The notes under the pieces: model-generated
The model's database searches: none
What the model was told of the DNA's origin: nothing
The model's input: the letters and a program-made list of their open reading frames with translations, nothing else
Assembly: GCA_964418285.1 (NCBI GenBank)
Contig: CAYQMC010000003.1
Span: forward strand, 1-38,218
DNA length: 38,218 nucleotides
Origin: an uncultured Chryseobacterium sp.
GTDB taxonomy: Bacteria; Bacteroidota; Bacteroidia; Flavobacteriales_F; PHOS-HE28
Direction of reading: 5' to 3'
Program-made: the position numbers and the translations under genes
Part shown: one piece after another, positions 1-8,643 of the stretch
How positions within the stretch are numbered: position 1 is the first letter of the stretch
Layout of the letters: each line of letters begins with the position of its first letter

Positions 1-3000
1 CAGGATGAGGTCCACTTCCAAGGCATCGGGTTCGCTCAGGACGATGCTGCTGTTCGCGCTGCATCCGTTCTCATCGCTTACGGTAAGCGTGTAGGTTCCT
101 GCAATAGCTCCGGTGAAGGATACGGTGTTGGCTGTGAAGCCATCGGGTCCGCTCCATGCGTAGTTGTACGCGCCGTTTCCGCCCGTGGCAATAGCGGTGG
201 CCTGGCCATTGCTGCCTCCCATGCAGGAGATGTTGTAGCCGCCGTTGAAACTGGTCGCGCTGAGGGCGATGTCGACCGCGGGAGGAGCATCCAATTCGAT
301 CGAGGTACTTCCTGTGCATCCGTTCGCATCCGTGACCACCACGCTGTAGCTTCCAGGGGTCAGGCCCACTAGGTTGGGGGTGGCGGCCGTATAGCCGTTC
401 GGTCCGCTCCATGCGTAGGTGTGATCCGCGGTCCCTCCGCTCACTTGCGCCTCCAAGGTGCCATCACTGCCGTCGGCACAGGCCACTGCGAAGCCGCTGG
501 GATGGACTGATGGTGTGAGTGTAACGGAGACGCTTTCGGGAGCTACCAGTGTGTGGCTCGACGTGGTCGTGCAGCCGTTCGCATCGGTCACCGTGGCGGT
601 ATATGTACCAGCACCAACACCGCTCAACTCTTCGCCACTTTCGCCATTGCTCCACGCAACACCATATGGGGCACTGCCGCCGGTTATTTCCAGGGTTACG
701 CTGCCTTCAGTGCCACCTGCGCATGCGATGTTGGCGCCGGGAATACCGCTCAGCGTCGCGCTACTGCCAAGGGGCTGTGGACTGCTGAGCACGATGGATC
801 CCGATACGGCGCAGCCGTTGGCATCCGTCACGGAAACCTGGTACACTCCTGCTCCCGCAGCGGCAATGTCCTCAGTGTCCGCGGTGAATCCAAGTCCGTC
901 CGTCCATGAAATGGTGAACGGGGCCGTACCGCCGTTGATGCTCAGGTCCACGGCCGCATCGCCGGCGCCTGAGCAGGACACGTTGTTCCCGCCTGCGTAG
1001 GTCAAGGCCTCCAGGTCGATATCCAAAGGCGCTGCGGCCTCCAGGGTCACGGAGGAGGTCTCGGCGCATCCGTTGGCATCAGTAACGGTAACGCTGTACG
1101 TTCCGGCAGCAAGACCGTCCAATTCGCTTAGAATGGAAGTGAATCCATCAGGACCGTTCCAAGCGAATTCCAGCGGTGCCGTGCCTCCGCCCACCACGAG
1201 ATCGATGCTGCCGTCGGCAGCGCCGGCACAGCTGATCGCATTACCGTTCTGGTCGGAAATGGTGAACGCATTGGAGAGTGGCTCCGGAGCATCCAAGGTG
1301 ATGCTGTTGGTGCTCACACAGCCGTTGGTATCGGTAACGGTGAGGTCGTACGTGCCCGCACCAAGGCCGGTAAGGTCCTGTGCGGTGCTCGTGAACCCAT
1401 TGGGACCGTTCCAGACAAAGCCGAAGCCTCCGGTACCACCGCTTGCTTGAACTTCGATCGTGCCATCTGTGGCACCGGCGCAAGACGTGGCTGCTCCATT
1501 GAAATCGGAGAGCGTGGTGTTCAAGACCACGGCAGGTGGGGCTGTGAGGGTCACCGGTAGGACACGCACACATCCATTGGCATCGCTCACGGTAACCGCA
1601 TAGGTGCCAGCGGTCAGGGCACCGATGTCCTGGGCCGTGCTGCTGAATCCATCAGGACCCTGCCATGCATAGGTGTAGGGCAATGCTCCACCGCTAACCG
1701 ATAGGTCGATGGATCCGGTGGAGGCGCCAGCGCATGCAATGGCATCACCGCTGGGCGAGGTGGAACTGCTGAGACCGGCATCCAAAGGCGTTGGTTCCAC
1801 CAGCGTACGCGATGTGGTGGTGCTGCACCCGTTGGCATCGGATACTGAAATGGTGTACGTGCCAGGTGCCAGGCCGAAGATGCTCACCGTGTTCGCGGTG
1901 AAGCCATTGGGGCCGGTCCATGCGATGTCATAGAGAACCGTGCCGCCAGTGATGGTGGTATTGATGAACCCATCATCAGCACCAGCACAGCTCGTGTTGA
2001 ACGTGCCGTAGGTTCCGGACACGAGGTTCGCTGCCAAAGGAGCCGGCGCGTTGAGGGTGTATGCCGCCAGGGTGGAACATCCATTCTCGTCGGTCACCCT
2101 AAGTGTGTACGTTCCGGCACCCAGTCCGCTCAGATCTTCCAGTGTAGGGTCCGCAAGGCCGGGTCCGGTCCAGGAATAGCTCAGGTTCCCGGTACCACCG
2201 GTCACTGTCATGTCGATGGATCCATCGGTGGCGCCAGCGCAACTGATCTGCCACCCACCCGGGTAGCTGCTCATGACACCGTTCACTTGGAACAGGCCGG
2301 GCTCGCTCACATCGAAAGACCGTGTTACCATGCATCCGTTGGCATCGGTCACTGTGGCCGTATAGACGCCGGCCTCAAGGTCGGTGAGTTGGGTGTTGGT
2401 CGAAGCAAACCCGTTCGGTCCGTTCCAGCTGATGTTCAAGGGGGCAAGACCACCTGAGATCGTTGCGTCGATGGCGCCGGTGCTACTGCCTTGACAGGAG
2501 GCTGTGGTGACATCGGCTTCAACGACGATCGCTGGCGGAGCGGTCAATACCAGGGTGGAATCGATGGTGCAGCCCCGTGCATCGATCACAGTGAGGATGT
2601 AGGTATCGGCGGCGAGGCCTGAAAGATCCTCTTGTCCGGATACTCCTCCGAACAGGTCGGTCCACTGGTAGGAGTAGGGTGCGTAGCCTCCGCTCACAGT
2701 AACGTCGATGCTTCCATCAGCGCCGTCGCTGCATGACACGTTGAAGCCATTGTAGTCGCTCAGGACGAAGTCCAAGGCAAGCGGATCATCGGGTCCGGCA
2801 ATGGTGAACTCCACGAATTTGTCGATGTCACAACCGTTGTTGTCCTCGATCATCACCATGTACAGTCCAGGCGCCAGGTTGCTTACCGAGTTGCCGAATT
2901 GCGGTGGTTCCACCATCCAGGTGATGGTGTAGGAGCCGCTTCCTCCACTCACCGCCAGTGTCGCTCCACCATCGTTGTCACCGAAGCAGGTCACGTCGGA

Positions 3001-4704
3001 ATAGGTCTCGATCAAGGAGGTTATCCCGCTTTGCGGTCCACTGATGTCCACGGTGGTCGATGCGGTGCAGCCGTTGGCATCGGTAACGGTCACGGTATGG
3101 TTGCCCACGGGTAGCTCCACGGCCTGTTGGCCGGTCTGCACCGGATCGCTGTCCCAGCTGTAGGTATAGGGCGCCGTGCCACCGCTGGCCTGCGCATTGG
3201 CAGTTCCCTCCGCGGTCTCGAAGCAAAGCACGTTCGTGGATCCCGTGATATCCACCTGCAAGGCTGCGCTTGGTCCGGCAACGGTCGCTGTTGCTTGGGT
3301 CGTGCAGCCAAGGGCATCGGTCACGGTTGCCACGTGCGATCCTGCCGGGAGGTTGGCCGCAATTGCCGTGGTCTGGGCAGGCGTCGTGTTCCAGCTGTAG
3401 GAGTAGGGTTGTACTCCTCCGCTGGCGATCACCGTGGCGGAACCGCTGGTGTTGCCGAAGCAATCCACGGCCTGTACCGGGCCGATCGCTGCATCAAGGG
3501 CATCGGCCGGTCCATTGATCGTGACCGATGCGGTGCTCTGGCAACCGTCGGTATGCTGCGCTGTGGCAGTATAGGTTCCAGGTGCAAGGCCCGTTGCGGT
3601 GGAGCCGGTCTGGACCGGGGATGTACTCCAAGTGATGGATACGATGTCGGAGCCACTGTTAAGGCCCACCGTTGCGGTGCCTGAGTTCGAGGATGCACAT
3701 GTGACATCGCTCTGTTCCGTCACAGCGATGTTCGATGGACCAGGTTGCTGCACGGTCACTCCGGCTTGCGCAGAGCATCCGTTGTTATCGGTCACGGTCA
3801 CAGTATAGGCACCTCCAGCATCGAAATTCGCACTGGCGCCATTCTGCACGGGAACGGTGTTCCACGCATGGGAGTACGGTGCTGTGCCTCCGGAAGCGAC
3901 CGCTGTGGCCGATCCGCTGGGATCCTGTTGGCCCTGGCATTGGAGCACATCGTTCACGTCCACCACGCTCACGGTGAGTGCTTGTGGCGCATCGATCTGC
4001 ACGCTTAGTTGGCTTGTGCAGCCATAGCCGTCGGTGATCGTGCAGGTGTATCCACCTTGTGCGAGTCCCGTGGCGGTCGCTGTGTTCTGGGCTGGTGCCG
4101 CGTCCCAGGTGTAGCTGTAAGGTGGTATCCCTCCGGTGTGTGCAACTGTTGCACTACCGTCCGCAGCTGCAGCGCAGCTTGCCGGCGTGCTCGACGCAAG
4201 CGAGGGTAAAATGGCCGGTGGTTGGACCAATTCCCGCACAGTGGTCGCGGTGCACCCGTTGTTGTCGGTGACAGTTGCGGTGTAGATGCCTGCCGCGAGT
4301 CCGCTCGGATCTTCGCTGGAACTGCTATATCCGTTCGGTCCGGTCCATGCCATCTGGTAGGGTGCGGTGCCGCCTAGGATGCTCAAGTCGATGCTGCCAT
4401 CAGCACCGCCAAAACACGACACATTCTGTCCGAAGGGAAGTATGGAAGGCGCTGTGGACAGGGCAAGGGCTGCGGGTGCGGAAAGGTTGAAGCTCTGCGT
4501 CAGCGTGCAGCCAGCACCATCGGAAACGGTAACGGTGTAGGTGCCTGCACCCACTTGGGACAGGTCCTCCGTGCTTGCCGAGAAGCCGTTCGGTCCGGTC
4601 CACCCGAATTGGAAGGGTGCTGTTCCTCCGGAGACGCTCAGGTTCAAGGCGCCGTTGGTCTGGCCTTGGCACAAGGGACGTGTCGTGATCGCCGAGAGGG
4701 TCAT
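1..4704 (-). repeat. In-frame tandem array of about 19 SprB-type repeat units, period about 233-258 nt (78-86 aa)
   Basis: The plus-strand signature gcaNccgtt (reverse complement of AAC-GGN-TGC, Asn-Gly-Cys) and close variants recur. Positions are near 62, 318, 571, 810, 1067, 1319, 1571, 1826, 2078, 2331, 2572, 2830, 3069, 3305, 3541, 3776, 4019, 4252 and 4508. Units have diverged at DNA level but keep the protein motif. Confidence 0.85.
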
Positions 4705-6051
4705 GGAACTCACGGCCACGGTTGTTCCAAGGCTTTGCGAGCATGTTCCTACACTGACCACCACATTGTACGTCGCGGTAGTGACTGGTGAAGCGATCGG
4801 AGCGGCAATGTTCGCTGTGTTCAATCCGGTAGCAGGAGACCACGCGTACTCCAGACCGCCGGTGGCGTTCAGGGCAGCACTACCTCCTGGGCAAATTGTG
4901 GATGGCGCGGTCACGCTTGTGAAGAGCGAATCCTGCACCATCAGGTCCAGACTGTCCAAATAGAAGCCTGGGCAAACGGATGAGCCCAGGAGCACACGGA
5001 TGTACTCCGTGCCTTCCGGTATTCCATCAGCAATAGGGTCGAATGGGATCTCCACGCTGGCCTGGCCGCCAGGTATGGTGGCGATCTTGGCCACTGCAGG
5101 GTCGGGGTCACCGATCGCAGGGTAGTCCTCACCATTCGTGGTCGTTCCCGCAAGGAAGTAGGGTACATCCAAGGCATCCGGGGTGACTGTCTGGCGGGTG
5201 AACCGCACTCCGCCTGGATGGCAACCTTCCACCAGACTCGGGAAGCCCGTTGCGGTATAGGTCTGCAAGGTCACAGCGTTGCTCTGGATACGTTCCACGA
5301 ACACGCCGCTGTCGAACTTACGGTCGCTTGCATCGGCCACGATCAGCTTCAGGCGATACGTTTGGCAGGGCTCCACCACGGCCAGAGCCTGCAGTCCTTG
5401 GGTGATGCCATCGTATTGGATCTGCTGGCCACCTGTATTGTCGTTGTAGTAGCTCTGGTTGGATCCGTTGTTGACGGTGTTGATGGTGACCGCTTGTGCC
5501 GTGTTCGGGATCAATGCGATGTTCTTCTCGTTGCCGATCCCAGGGTCTCCGACAATGCCGGGACCGCTGATGAAGAAGCCGAACACGTCATTGTATTGAG
5601 AGCCGACCCATTCGTTGTACTCTTCACTGGCAAAGGCGAAGTTGAACACCAAGGTGTCCCCGCCGGGTATCACATCGAACTCCAAGCGACACGCGTCGAA
5701 GGTCGTTCGGCCTGTGACCGTGTTCAGCAGGGTATTCCCAGGAGTGTTCTGCTCGAAGGTCCTGTTGTCCACGTTGTTCGGGCCAATGGAATTGCTGATA
5801 CGACCGGAGGTAAGTAGCACGCCTTCGTTCACACCCAGCACACTTCCGGTGTAGCTGAACTCTCCGAAGCCTTGGGCATGACAGTCGATGGTGGGGTTGG
5901 CGATCTGGACGCCCGGTCCGGTGATGGCAGCCGCAAGTTCCTGGATGTTGGACTGCGGTGAAACGGTGAGCTGTGCTGTCCCACTATTGGCGAATGCAAA
6001 GCATATCAGTGCGAGAGCCGCCTGGAAGGGTCGGGTTGAACTTGTGCTCAT
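1..6051 (-). CDS. Giant secreted cell-surface adhesin, N-terminal 2017 codons only (C-terminus lies beyond the left edge). Order: signal peptide, choice-of-anchor-L-like domain, Calx-beta-like module, Ig-like module, about 19 SprB-type repeats
   Basis: Absent from the ORF track because it has no stop in the window. The minus frame with codon tops at multiples of 3 is open from ATG 6051..6049 to base 1, and no listed minus ORF in 1..6051 uses that frame. Hand translation starts MSTSSTRPFQAALALICFAFANSGTAQ (signal peptide). It continues ...DACRLEFDVIPGGDTLVFNFAFASEEYNEWVGSQYNDVFGFFISGPGI...LKLIVADASDRKFDSGVFVE. Repeats then follow the pattern C.G..DG.I....GG..PY.Y.W...G.Y.VTVTDANGC. Confidence 0.85.
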   Translation of the reverse strand, partial: MSTSSTRPFQAALALICFAFANSGTAQLTVSPQSNIQELAAAITGPGVQIANPTIDCHAQGFGEFSYTGSVLGVNEGVLLTSGRISNSIGPNNVDNRTFEQNTPGNTLLNTVTGRTTFDACRLEFDVIPGGDTLVFNFAFASEEYNEWVGSQYNDVFGFFISGPGIVGDPGIGNEKNIALIPNTAQAVTINTVNNGSNQSYYNDNTGGQQIQYDGITQGLQALAVVEPCQTYRLKLIVADASDRKFDSGVFVERIQSNAVTLQTYTATGFPSLVEGCHPGGVRFTRQTVTPDALDVPYFLAGTTTNGEDYPAIGDPDPAVAKIATIPGGQASVEIPFDPIADGIPEGTEYIRVLLGSSVCPGFYLDSLDLMVQDSLFTSVTAPSTICPGGSAALNATGGLEYAWSPATGLNTANIAAPIASPVTTATYNVVVSVGTCSQSLGTTVAVSSMTLSAITTRPLCQGQTNGALNLSVSGGTAPFQFGWTGPNGFSASTEDLSQVGAGTYTVTVSDGAGCTLTQSFNLSAPAALALSTAPSILPFGQNVSCFGGADGSIDLSILGGTAPYQMAWTGPNGYSSSSEDPSGLAAGIYTATVTDNNGCTATTVRELVQPPAILPSLASSTPASCAAAADGSATVAHTGGIPPYSYTWDAAPAQNTATATGLAQGGYTCTITDGYGCTSQLSVQIDAPQALTVSVVDVNDVLQCQGQQDPSGSATAVASGGTAPYSHAWNTVPVQNGASANFDAGGAYTVTVTDNNGCSAQAGVTVQQPGPSNIAVTEQSDVTCASSNSGTATVGLNSGSDIVSITWSTSPVQTGSTATGLAPGTYTATAQHTDGCQSTASVTINGPADALDAAIGPVQAVDCFGNTSGSATVIASGGVQPYSYSWNTTPAQTTAIAANLPAGSHVATVTDALGCTTQATATVAGPSAALQVDITGSTNVLCFETAEGTANAQASGGTAPYTYSWDSDPVQTGQQAVELPVGNHTVTVTDANGCTASTTVDISGPQSGITSLIETYSDVTCFGDNDGGATLAVSGGSGSYTITWMVEPPQFGNSVSNLAPGLYMVMIEDNNGCDIDKFVEFTIAGPDDPLALDFVLSDYNGFNVSCSDGADGSIDVTVSGGYAPYSYQWTDLFGGVSGQEDLSGLAADTYILTVIDARGCTIDSTLVLTAPPAIVVEADVTTASCQGSSTGAIDATISGGLAPLNISWNGPNGFASTNTQLTDLEAGVYTATVTDANGCMVTRSFDVSEPGLFQVNGVMSSYPGGWQISCAGATDGSIDMTVTGGTGNLSYSWTGPGLADPTLEDLSGLGAGTYTLRVTDENGCSTLAAYTLNAPAPLAANLVSGTYGTFNTSCAGADDGFINTTITGGTVLYDIAWTGPNGFTANTVSIFGLAPGTYTISVSDANGCSTTTSRTLVEPTPLDAGLSSSTSPSGDAIACAGASTGSIDLSVSGGALPYTYAWQGPDGFSSTAQDIGALTAGTYAVTVSDANGCVRVLPVTLTAPPAVVLNTTLSDFNGAATSCAGATDGTIEVQASGGTGGFGFVWNGPNGFTSTAQDLTGLGAGTYDLTVTDTNGCVSTNSITLDAPEPLSNAFTISDQNGNAISCAGAADGSIDLVVGGGTAPLEFAWNGPDGFTSILSELDGLAAGTYSVTVTDANGCAETSSVTLEAAAPLDIDLEALTYAGGNNVSCSGAGDAAVDLSINGGTAPFTISWTDGLGFTADTEDIAAAGAGVYQVSVTDANGCAVSGSIVLSSPQPLGSSATLSGIPGANIACAGGTEGSVTLEITGGSAPYGVAWSNGESGEELSGVGAGTYTATVTDANGCTTTSSHTLVAPESVSVTLTPSVHPSGFAVACADGSDGTLEAQVSGGTADHTYAWSGPNGYTAATPNLVGLTPGSYSVVVTDANGCTGSTSIELDAPPAVDIALSATSFNGGYNISCMGGSNGQATAIATGGNGAYNYAWSGPDGFTANTVSFTGAIAGTYTLTVSDENGCSANSSIVLSEPDALEVDLIL
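4927..5244 (-). other. Calx-beta-like module of the adhesin (about aa 270-375)
   Basis: VRFTRQ...VPYFLAGTTTNGEDYPAIGD...ATIPGGQASVEIPFDPIADGIPEGTEYIRVLL fits the G-T-A-x-G-x-DY ... D-x-x-x-E-G-x-E pattern. Confidence 0.4.
5278..5970 (-). other. Choice-of-anchor-L-like N-terminal domain of the adhesin (about aa 28-258)
   Basis: Motifs GVLLTSG, DACRLEFDVIP, FNFAFASEEYNEWV, NDVFGFFISG, NIALIPNT, IQYDGIT and KLIVADASDRKFDSGVFVE match my recollection of this family. No HMM was run. Confidence 0.6.
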
Positions 6052-6413
6052 CGGTTACGGGCTTGGGCGCACTGCTCTTCTGCATCATGCAGGCTGATGG
6101 GCAAAATGGAGATGTCCCTGGCGCGAACGTGCTTCTCGATGGCCGTGAGGGATGTTGTAAGCACCATTCCCGAGGTGGTCCTGGCATCTTCCTCAAGCAC
6201 CAGAATGCCTGCCGGTACGCAGGCGAAAGCGAGCTGCAGGCCCTGTCTTCCCAGCTCTGCGGCCACGGCATCACGAATGGTATGGTCCAGGCCTTTCACC
6301 CGAACAACGGTTCCGCCGTTTCCGGAAGTGGGTCCTTGTGCAGTGCATGGGTCATGTGCCAAGCATAACAGCACTGCCATGACGGCCGCTGGCAACTGGA
6401 GAAAGTGCTTCAT
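6048..6413 (-). CDS. Small secreted hypothetical protein (121 aa). Its stop overlaps the adhesin start as ATGA
   Basis: Internal ATG (aa 75) of track ORF 6048..6635. It begins MKHFLQLPAAVMAVLLCLAHDPCTAQG, which looks like a signal peptide. TGA 6050..6048 overlaps the adhesin ATG 6051..6049. No family recognised. Confidence 0.45.
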   Translation of the reverse strand: MKHFLQLPAAVMAVLLCLAHDPCTAQGPTSGNGGTVVRVKGLDHTIRDAVAAELGRQGLQLAFACVPAGILVLEEDARTTSGMVLTTSLTAIEKHVRARDISILPISLHDAEEQCAQARNR

Positions 6414-6579
6414 GGTCCTGTTCGTTCGATCGATGCAGGGGCAGAAGTGTTCCCTTGCACCGGGTGTCACGTTGGGACTCTTATACCGTGAAGCCGTAAG
6501 AAAGGTTGCAGCTGCAGGGAGCCTGCTGCGGAGTCCACCCCGGCCATGCCAAGGTGTCAAGGGAAGAGCGTAGGAAGCG

Positions 6580-7323
6580 TCAGGCCTTGGTGGACCGTGC
6601 CCGCAATGTTGCGTGCAGGGCGATGCCCGCGGCAACGCTCACGTTCAGGGAGCCGATCTTGCCGGCCATCGGGATCCGAACCAAGTCGTCGGCCAGGCGC
6701 AGTACGGTATCGGAAATGCCCTCGTCCTCGGATCCCATTACTACCACAAGCGGGCCTGATAGCTCGACCTCATCAAGCAGCGTGGTGCCTTTTTCGGTGC
6801 AAGCCACGATCCGCAGACCGTGCTCCCTGGCACGCAGCAGGGCATCCTTCAAACGGTTCACCCGGCACACGGGCTTGCGCAGCAAGGCGCCGGCAGAGCT
6901 CTTCACCGCATCGGGCCCCAGGCGTGCGGTACCCACCTTCGGTACAAGGATGGCATGTGCGCCAAAGCACTCAGCGCTGCGCGCTATGGCGCCCATGTTC
7001 CGTACATCGGTCACGCTGTCCAAGGCCAGGATCAAGGGTTGCTCACCCCGCTCGAAGGCCATGGTGATCACTTCGTCAAGGTCCTGTTCTTCAACTTGGC
7101 TGAGGAACGCGATGACGCCTTGATGCTCGGCTTTGGTCAGTCGATCCAGCTTCTCCACCGGTACGGGTTGCCATGGGATATCCCGTTCCTGTGCCAGTTT
7201 GCGGATCTCCTTGATGCCATCTCCACCAGCCTCGCGCCGAACCAACAATTTCTCCACGTTCTTTCCGGCCTTCAAGGCTTCGATCACCGGCCATACGCCA
7301 CATACCATGTCATTCGATGCCAT
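6580..7323 (-). CDS. rlmB: SpoU/TrmH-family 23S rRNA 2'-O-ribose methyltransferase (RlmB-like)
   Basis: 247 aa. Motifs LDSVTDVRNMGAIARSAECFG, VVMGSEDEGIS and IPMAGKIGSLNVSVAAGIALH. Confidence 0.85.
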   Translation of the reverse strand: MASNDMVCGVWPVIEALKAGKNVEKLLVRREAGGDGIKEIRKLAQERDIPWQPVPVEKLDRLTKAEHQGVIAFLSQVEEQDLDEVITMAFERGEQPLILALDSVTDVRNMGAIARSAECFGAHAILVPKVGTARLGPDAVKSSAGALLRKPVCRVNRLKDALLRAREHGLRIVACTEKGTTLLDEVELSGPLVVVMGSEDEGISDTVLRLADDLVRIPMAGKIGSLNVSVAAGIALHATLRARSTKA

Positions 7324-7327
7324 CGCC

Positions 7328-7341
7328 GTTCGTTGTTCGAT
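7328..7341 (-). promoter_or_regulatory. Leader element ATCGAACAACGAAC, 4 nt upstream of the rlmB ATG
   Basis: Identical 14-mer to the one abutting the gap start codon (15685..15698). Confidence 0.35.
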
Positions 7342-7365
7342 CTTGTTACTGAGGTACTTCGCACA

Positions 7366-8643
7366 TCAGTTCTGGTACACCCTTCCGTTGCGCCAACTCT
7401 CCACATTGCGGTACCACGCTCCTTTTAGCGATGGGTCACGCTGCAAGACCAGGTCGTTCTCCGAGAAAGGGGTGTCGCGCTTCACGAAGGTGAAGGAGAG
7501 GCTGAGCAGGTTGTTCTCTTCGCCGAAGACCCAGGTCTCACTGAGGTCGCTGCGATAGATCGAGTTCGGTATTCCAAAAATGATGTGGACCAGCCCTCGG
7601 TCGGTACGCCATCCCTCCACATCGGCGGTGAAGTGGCGGTTGGCATTCTCTACCCGACCATAATAGATGCGTATGGCCTCCCTGGCCCGTTCCCGATCCC
7701 CGGAGGAATCCAGCCAGAAGCGTTCGATGGCCTGCCGCACGTTGCCCGATCCGGAGATACGCTCATACTCCTGCATGGAAGTGATGTAGCGCAAGGGTTT
7801 CAACATATCCGCCCCGGTGCCTACGTATGGATAGGTCTGTCCAAGCACCGAAAGGGTATATCCCTGGGGGGCTGAAGTATCAGGCCTGATGTGATAGGTG
7901 CCGGGTGTGCGCAGATCGAGCAGGAAGGTGCCTTCTTCGGGGTCCACTTGGATGATGAAGCTGCTGTCCGCCACGGTCGTTCCACGCACATTGTTCGAAG
8001 TCGTGAACACCGGTGATGGAAGCCCGTCGGTCGCTTTGTACCGCGTGGCGAACAGGGAGCGGCCGGAGTAGGCCTCGCAACGCACTTTCACGGGGCCGTC
8101 GTTCGGTGCGATGTGGTCTCCGAAGCGGGGTAGCCCATTGCGTGGGTCCATGGGCAGGAAGTTCTGCCGCACGCTGCTGGCCGACCATTCCACACGCAGC
8201 ACCACCGAGCTGTAGGTTTCGCGGTTCAGGTCACGTGCGGTCAGGCGCAGCAGGTAGCTTGGCTTGTCGATGCGGCGAAGATCCAAACTGCCGATCAGTT
8301 CCTTGTGTTCGGTGGGGTCCGTGGAGTGGTCCTGTACCAAAGTGCTTGCACTGTCCAACACCGATCTGGCGCTCCAATCGGCATACACTTCGTAGCTCAA
8401 TTGCACCGCAGCACGGAAGGGGGTACCGGCTCCAGTGCTCTTGTACAAGATGTCGGTCGTGGGGATCTTGTAGTACAGGATGCTGCGGTCCGCTGTCTCG
8501 TGGTGTACACGTGCGTTCAGTCGTATCCCTCCACCACCCTTGCCATAGAGGTAGGCGATATTGTCACGCTTGGTGCTGGCGGTATTGCTTCCGCACCCGA
8601 CCGCCAACAAGGCGATCACGATCATGTGGGCTACTTTCCTCAT
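7366..8643 (-). CDS. GWxTD domain-containing lipoprotein
   Basis: 425 aa. Lipobox MIVIALLAVGCGS. Core motif EGWRTDRGLVHIIFGIPNSIY. Start overlaps the rmuC stop as ATGA (8643..8640). Confidence 0.85.
   Translation of the reverse strand: MRKVAHMIVIALLAVGCGSNTASTKRDNIAYLYGKGGGGIRLNARVHHETADRSILYYKIPTTDILYKSTGAGTPFRAAVQLSYEVYADWSARSVLDSASTLVQDHSTDPTEHKELIGSLDLRRIDKPSYLLRLTARDLNRETYSSVVLRVEWSASSVRQNFLPMDPRNGLPRFGDHIAPNDGPVKVRCEAYSGRSLFATRYKATDGLPSPVFTTSNNVRGTTVADSSFIIQVDPEEGTFLLDLRTPGTYHIRPDTSAPQGYTLSVLGQTYPYVGTGADMLKPLRYITSMQEYERISGSGNVRQAIERFWLDSSGDRERAREAIRIYYGRVENANRHFTADVEGWRTDRGLVHIIFGIPNSIYRSDLSETWVFGEENNLLSLSFTFVKRDTPFSENDLVLQRDPSLKGAWYRNVESWRNGRVYQN

Noticed and set aside
1-4704. Regular periodicity that could suggest a CRISPR array or a non-coding tandem repeat
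   Set aside because: The period is 233-258 nt with no short identical repeats. Units have diverged at DNA level but keep an in-frame protein motif (…G.Y.VTVTDANGC…), so these are coding domain repeats.
71-5854. About fifty short ORFs (60-200 aa) listed on both strands across the first 6 kb
   Set aside because: None of the listed minus ORFs here is in the adhesin frame (minus strand, codon tops at multiples of 3), which stays open for 2017 codons. The listed ORFs have Arg/Pro/Ala/Gly-rich shadow composition, typical of GC-rich DNA.
6097-6573. 158-aa plus-strand ORF, and the long form (6048..6635) of the minus ORF, in the rlmB-adhesin gap
   Set aside because: No motifs, Arg/Ser/Ala/Pro-rich, and it runs against the surrounding minus-strand operon. 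Only the shorter minus ORF with a signal peptide (6048..6413) was kept, at modest confidence.
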